From Prochlorococcus sp. AG-409-J16 (GTDB taxonomy: Bacteria; Cyanobacteriota; Cyanobacteriia; PCC-6307; Cyanobiaceae), in NCBI GenBank assembly GCA_003215655.1, contig QCKB01000009.1, forward strand, positions 33,194 through 57,193: 24,000 nucleotides of DNA. Reading direction: 5' to 3'. Each line of letters starts with the position of its first letter. Positions within the stretch are counted from its first letter, which is position 1. The position numbers and the translations under genes are program-made. Below are positions 23,300 through 24,000 of the stretch, in pieces. The notes under the pieces are model-generated. The model had not been told where the DNA came from. It saw only the letters and a list, made by a program, of their open reading frames with translations, and did not search any database.

Positions 23300-23332
23300 A
23301 AAAAAGCCTCGTTATCACTAACGAGGCTTTTT
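23300..23332 (-). terminator. Rho-independent terminator of the second pcb gene
   Basis: Perfect 14-bp stem aaaaagcctcgtta (23301-23314) / taacgaggcttttt (23319-23332) with loop tcac, 56 nt downstream of the stop at 23389-23391. T-runs occur on both strands. Confidence 0.8.
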
Positions 23333-23388
23333 GATATCAAACACAAGGTTCAATGAGTTTTATCGAACCATATAGATGTCTAAGAGCT

Positions 23389-24000
23389 TCAGCCCCTGAT
23401 GGTAACTGTAGCGTTCGCATCGTTTCCAATAGAACCACGGACCTTCTTGAAATCAAAGCCAGTTGCACGCAGAGCATGCCATAGGTGACCCTGAATGAAG
23501 AAGAAGCCCAGGTAATAGTGGACATTAGACAAAGCAGCCCTAGTACTGTGCCCCCAGAATGCTGTGCTATCTGAAAGATCGCCAGTATCAATCCAGAATG
23601 GAGAAACAGCAAATTTCAATTGCAATGGTTCGCCGTACCAAGCTTCTGGATAAACAGTGGTATTAGTTGCACACCAGAAGGCTGCAACAATTGCCATCCA
23701 ACCGATGCCAGCTAAAGACCAAGAAAGGACAGCTTCTGCAGAAAGTAATTCTGCTCCTTTGAATTTGCTGAATTCACCTAGGCGCTTGTCTTCCCATGGA
23801 GTTGAGCCCGCAATGATGTGGAATGCGCCTCCTGTTATCTCAGCAAAAGCCAAGAAGGCATGACCACCCATGACATCCTCAAGGCTGTCAATGCTGAGGA
23901 AATCAAACTGCCTTTGCCAAATCATGGAAAGGTCAAGGTTGTAATTAACCTGCCGAACTGCTCCAAGGGCTGGATCATAAATGCCATGAATTCTGGCCCA
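23389..24000 (-). CDS. pcb: Second Pcb chlorophyll a/b-binding antenna protein (5' end outside window)
   Basis: The frame remains open from 23925 to the window edge (…WARIHGIYDPALGAVRQVNYNLDLSMIWQRQFDFLSIDSLEDVMGGHAFLAF…). It is collinear with the C-terminal two thirds of the neighbouring pcb product at roughly 60% identity by eye. Confidence 0.9.
   Translation of the reverse strand, partial: WARIHGIYDPALGAVRQVNYNLDLSMIWQRQFDFLSIDSLEDVMGGHAFLAFAEITGGAFHIIAGSTPWEDKRLGEFSKFKGAELLSAEAVLSWSLAGIGWMAIVAAFWCATNTTVYPEAWYGEPLQLKFAVSPFWIDTGDLSDSTAFWGHSTRAALSNVHYYLGFFFIQGHLWHALRATGFDFKKVRGSIGNDANATVTIRG

Noticed and set aside
22078-23863. Track ORFs 22078..22296, 22194..22424, 22692..22961, 23337..23612, 23657..23863
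   Set aside because: All lie within or antisense to the two pcb genes, whose own frames are unambiguous.
1-24000. Mobile elements, prophage, defence systems, CRISPR arrays, rRNA
   Set aside because: No transposase, integrase, restriction, Cas or toxin-like translations appear in any frame of the ORF track or in the spacers I read. There are no regularly spaced repeats and no rRNA-like conserved strings.

Overview
This window looks like chromosomal DNA from a low-GC marine picocyanobacterium, most likely a low-light-type Prochlorococcus. The evidence is two tandem pcb (chlorophyll a/b antenna, CP43/IsiA family) genes, chlI, acsF, a ycf54-like gene, AT-rich codon usage and tight gene packing. 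Nt 1-11000 is a compact housekeeping block: a class-A beta-lactamase-fold hydrolase (5' partial), chlI, ruvC, 5-formyl-THF cyclo-ligase, sufE, homoserine dehydrogenase, a peptide-type ABC binding protein plus one permease, a DUF1400-type alpha/beta hydrolase and an MFS transporter. Nt 11000-18200 is different. It holds many small, mostly membrane-anchored ORFs of unknown function with long spacers, a pentapeptide-repeat protein, a SemiSWEET-like transporter, an apparent gene remnant and several GC-rich structured spacers. Nt 18200-24000 carries acsF, an extended 2Fe-2S ferredoxin, ycf54-like, three small proteins and two pcb genes, the second running off the right edge. I found no rRNA, tRNA, CRISPR array, transposase or integrase. 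The most interesting observations are: (1) a 100-aa two-helix protein whose C-terminal half is a near-copy of PsbF (cytochrome b559 beta) with the heme-ligating His replaced by Asn; (2) an acsF / ferredoxin / ycf54 neighbourhood that could be a self-contained cyclase module; (3) an 87-codon protein-like open frame with no ATG/GTG/TTG start, invisible to the ORF track; (4) an NtcA-like box followed by mutually exclusive GC-rich hairpins, one terminator-like, in front of a small ORF. All family assignments come from motif recognition by eye and need HMM/BLAST confirmation.
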